Source: a virus. From it: a stretch of DNA of 5,791 nucleotides. Below are positions 5,071-5,791 of the stretch, piece by piece. Under the pieces are notes generated by a model. The model did no database searches, was not told the origin of the DNA, and worked only from the letters and a program-made list of their open reading frames with translations. Each line of letters opens with the position of its first letter. Position 1 is the first letter of the stretch. A program made the translations under genes and the position numbers. The stretch is taken from the IMG/VR virus record IMGVR_UViG_3300045988_004495, positions 1-5,791 of that record; one strand, written 5' to 3'.

Positions 5071-5116
5071 TACGCGTGCGCATGTGCGCGCGTCTACGCG
5101 TGCGCATGTGCGCGCG
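5071..5116. repeat. Perfect tandem direct repeat, 2 x 22 nt (TACGCGTGCGCATGTGCGCGCG) separated by TC. Each copy is a strictly alternating purine-pyrimidine tract.
   Basis: Copy 1 is 5071-5092 and copy 2 is 5095-5116, and they are identical. The alternating R/Y runs span 5070-5093 and 5095-5116. Each unit is also an imperfect palindrome centred on CATG (16 of 20 positions self-complementary; the other 4 are G-T). Confidence 0.95.
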
Positions 5117-5137
5117 ATACATTAGCATCTATCGATA

Positions 5138-5168
5138 GCGACAGCCCCATGAGCTGGGGCGCTGTCGC
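5138..5168. other. GC-rich bulged hairpin
   Basis: GCGACA (5138-5143) pairs with TGTCGC (5163-5168), and GCCCCA (5144-5149) pairs with TGGGGC (5155-5160). There is a 2-nt bulge (5161-5162) and a 5-nt loop, TGAGC. Confidence 0.8.
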
Positions 5169-5196
5169 AAGGGGGAGACCTTTGGTCTCCCCCTTG
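5168..5196. other. Perfect 13-bp hairpin with a 3-nt loop
   Basis: CAAGGGGGAGACC (5168-5180), TTT, then GGTCTCCCCCTTG (5184-5196). It abuts the previous hairpin and shares C5168 with it. There is no U/T tract on either strand. Confidence 0.9.
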
Positions 5197-5269
5197 CTAA
5201 ACTAACTAGAGTGTAATATGATATTTTTAACTCATTTTCGGTGTCTCTTTGAGAAACCAGACGGAAGAG

Positions 5270-5303
5270 AAGCCCAGTACCTTACTTGATAGGTACTGGG
5301 CTT
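5270..5303 (-). terminator. 13-bp stem hairpin 11 nt downstream of the VP4 stop. It is a candidate end-of-operon terminator or an origin hairpin.
   Basis: AAGCCCAGTACCT (5270-5282) pairs perfectly with AGGTACTGGGCTT (5291-5303). The 8-nt loop is TACTTGAT on the plus strand. On the coding strand the stem is followed by CUCUUCC, which is pyrimidine-rich but not a clean U-tract. Confidence 0.4.
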
Positions 5304-5314
5304 GGTGACACTGA

Positions 5315-5791
5315 TTAGAGTATTCCACGTTTTTTCGTTTGTTTTTTTGTAACACGCTCTTTTGTTTCTAACTGCGTTTTGTAGTCTTTGCCTTCAAGCT
5401 GCAATCTTTTTTGTTCGATTGCCTTTCTTTGTCTGTTCTGCTTGATTCTCCACAGCCTTTCCGGGTTTTCTTTTTCCATCATCTTTTCATAGTATCGCGG
5501 TATTTGTGCCTGTTTTCCGTTCGTACATTGAATGTAGCCTTGTTTCCAGATTTCTTCTTTGTGCTCTTGATAGTAGGCATCTCCTAGCCCCGGTTTAAGT
5601 GACATGCACGCGAATGGCTTTTGCTGTCCTAATTCATAGTAAGCATTTGCTTTCTTGCCGTCAATTTCGTACATTTTTTTTGTTACGTATCCTGCAACAT
5701 ATCTATATGTTTCTGGTACTGCTTGTGCAATTTGGATTTGACCGTTTCCCCACAGTTTTTCTAGCCATTCACTTGTATAGTATCCGTTGTG
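5315..5791 (-). CDS. VP4: Replication initiation protein VP4, C-terminal part. The tracked 119-aa ORF plus 39 upstream in-frame codons lie in the terminal repeat. The true start is at 662 after circular wrap.
   Basis: The tracked ORF 5315..5674 begins at an internal Met of the YVTKKMYEIDGKK segment. Positions 5675-5791 are identical to 3-119 and stay open in the same frame. The stop TAA is at 5317-5315. The lysine/arginine-rich C-terminal tail (RQRKAIEQKR...KKQTKKRGIL) is typical of microvirus Rep proteins. Confidence 0.9.
   Translation of the reverse strand, partial: HNGYYTSEWLEKLWGNGQIQIAQAVPETYRYVAGYVTKKMYEIDGKKANAYYELGQQKPFACMSLKPGLGDAYYQEHKEEIWKQGYIQCTNGKQAQIPRYYEKMMEKENPERLWRIKQNRQRKAIEQKRLQLEGKDYKTQLETKERVTKKQTKKRGIL
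5673..5791. repeat. Terminal direct repeat, copy 2. This is the assembly overlap of a circular genome.
   Basis: This copy is identical to nt 1-119, which implies a circular unit of 5672 nt. Confidence 0.97.

Larger units (their letters stand above)
4761..5314. other. Large noncoding control region between the VP4 stop and the peptidase start, likely holding promoter(s), terminator and replication origin(s)
   Basis: There is no ORF of 60 aa or more on either strand. The only ATG-initiated minus-strand ORFs I found are 22 aa or shorter and lack an SD. The region is dense in repeats and hairpins, which are listed as separate features. Confidence 0.8.

Noticed and set aside
5076-5083. dif half-site-like octamers. 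GTGCGCAT (XerC arm of E. coli dif GGTGCGCATAATGTATATTATGTTAAAT) occurs at 5076-5083 and 5100-5107. ATGTTAAA (XerD arm) occurs three times on the minus strand (plus TTTAACAT at 4871-4878, 4934-4941 and 4942-4949). This hints at XerCD-mediated integration, as reported for some gokushovirus prophages.
   Set aside because: The two half-site types are on opposite strands and more than 120 bp apart. I could not assemble any 11+6+11 dif-like site; the best attempts matched 6-7 of 11 per arm. The host dif sequence is also unknown. A proper scan with host-specific dif models would be needed.
5071-5116. The tandem repeat as a mini CRISPR array.
   Set aside because: There are only two copies, separated by 2 nt, so there are no spacers. 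There are no cas genes and no room for them in a 5.7-kb microvirus.
5061-5153. Tiny coding-strand ORFs running through the GC-rich block: MLMYRAHMRTRRRAHMRTRIII (22 aa, ATG at about 5129) and MGLSLSIDANVSRAHAHA (18 aa, ATG at about 5153).
   Set aside because: Neither has an SD upstream. The repetitive peptide sequence simply mirrors the DNA repeat. Structure-forming DNA is a better explanation.
5240-5258. A weak hairpin, GGTGTCTC-TTT-GAGAAACC.
   Set aside because: It is an 8-bp stem with an internal mismatch and a 3-nt loop, so its stability is marginal and nothing distinguishes it from chance.

Overview
This window holds one complete, circularly permuted genome of a small ssDNA phage of the family Microviridae. 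It is gokushovirus-like: it has a VP1/VP2/VP3/VP4 gene set and no phiX-type G spike or D external scaffold. The unit length is 5672 nt, and nt 1-119 are repeated exactly at 5673-5791, which is an assembly overlap of a circle. The sequence is shown as the reverse complement of the coding strand, so every credible gene is on the minus strand. All plus-strand ORFs in the track look like antisense shadows. Gene order on the coding strand is: M15-family peptidase (4760->4368), an untracked 38-aa ORF (4365->4249), a 75-aa ORF, a 40-aa arginine/lysine-rich J-like DNA-binding protein, a 79-aa ORF, VP3 scaffold, VP1 major capsid, VP2 pilot protein, and VP4 HUH replication initiator. VP4 runs 662->1 and wraps to 5674->5315, giving 339 aa in total. 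The ORF track splits VP4 and misses its N-terminal 220 codons. Genes are tightly packed with 3-nt gaps or short overlaps, and each is preceded by an AGGAG/GGGGG-type Shine-Dalgarno sequence. The points most worth a second look are a peptidoglycan peptidase in a virus family known for enzyme-free lysis, with no holin or signal peptide visible, and an unusually large 554-nt noncoding region (4761-5314). That region has two halves. One is about 27% GC and carries a helically phased array of TTTYAACRT motifs. The other is about 62% GC and carries a perfect tandem 22-nt alternating purine-pyrimidine repeat plus three strong hairpins. A 49-nt inverted repeat sits just upstream of the peptidase gene. 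All functional calls rest on motifs I recognise by eye. No database search was possible.
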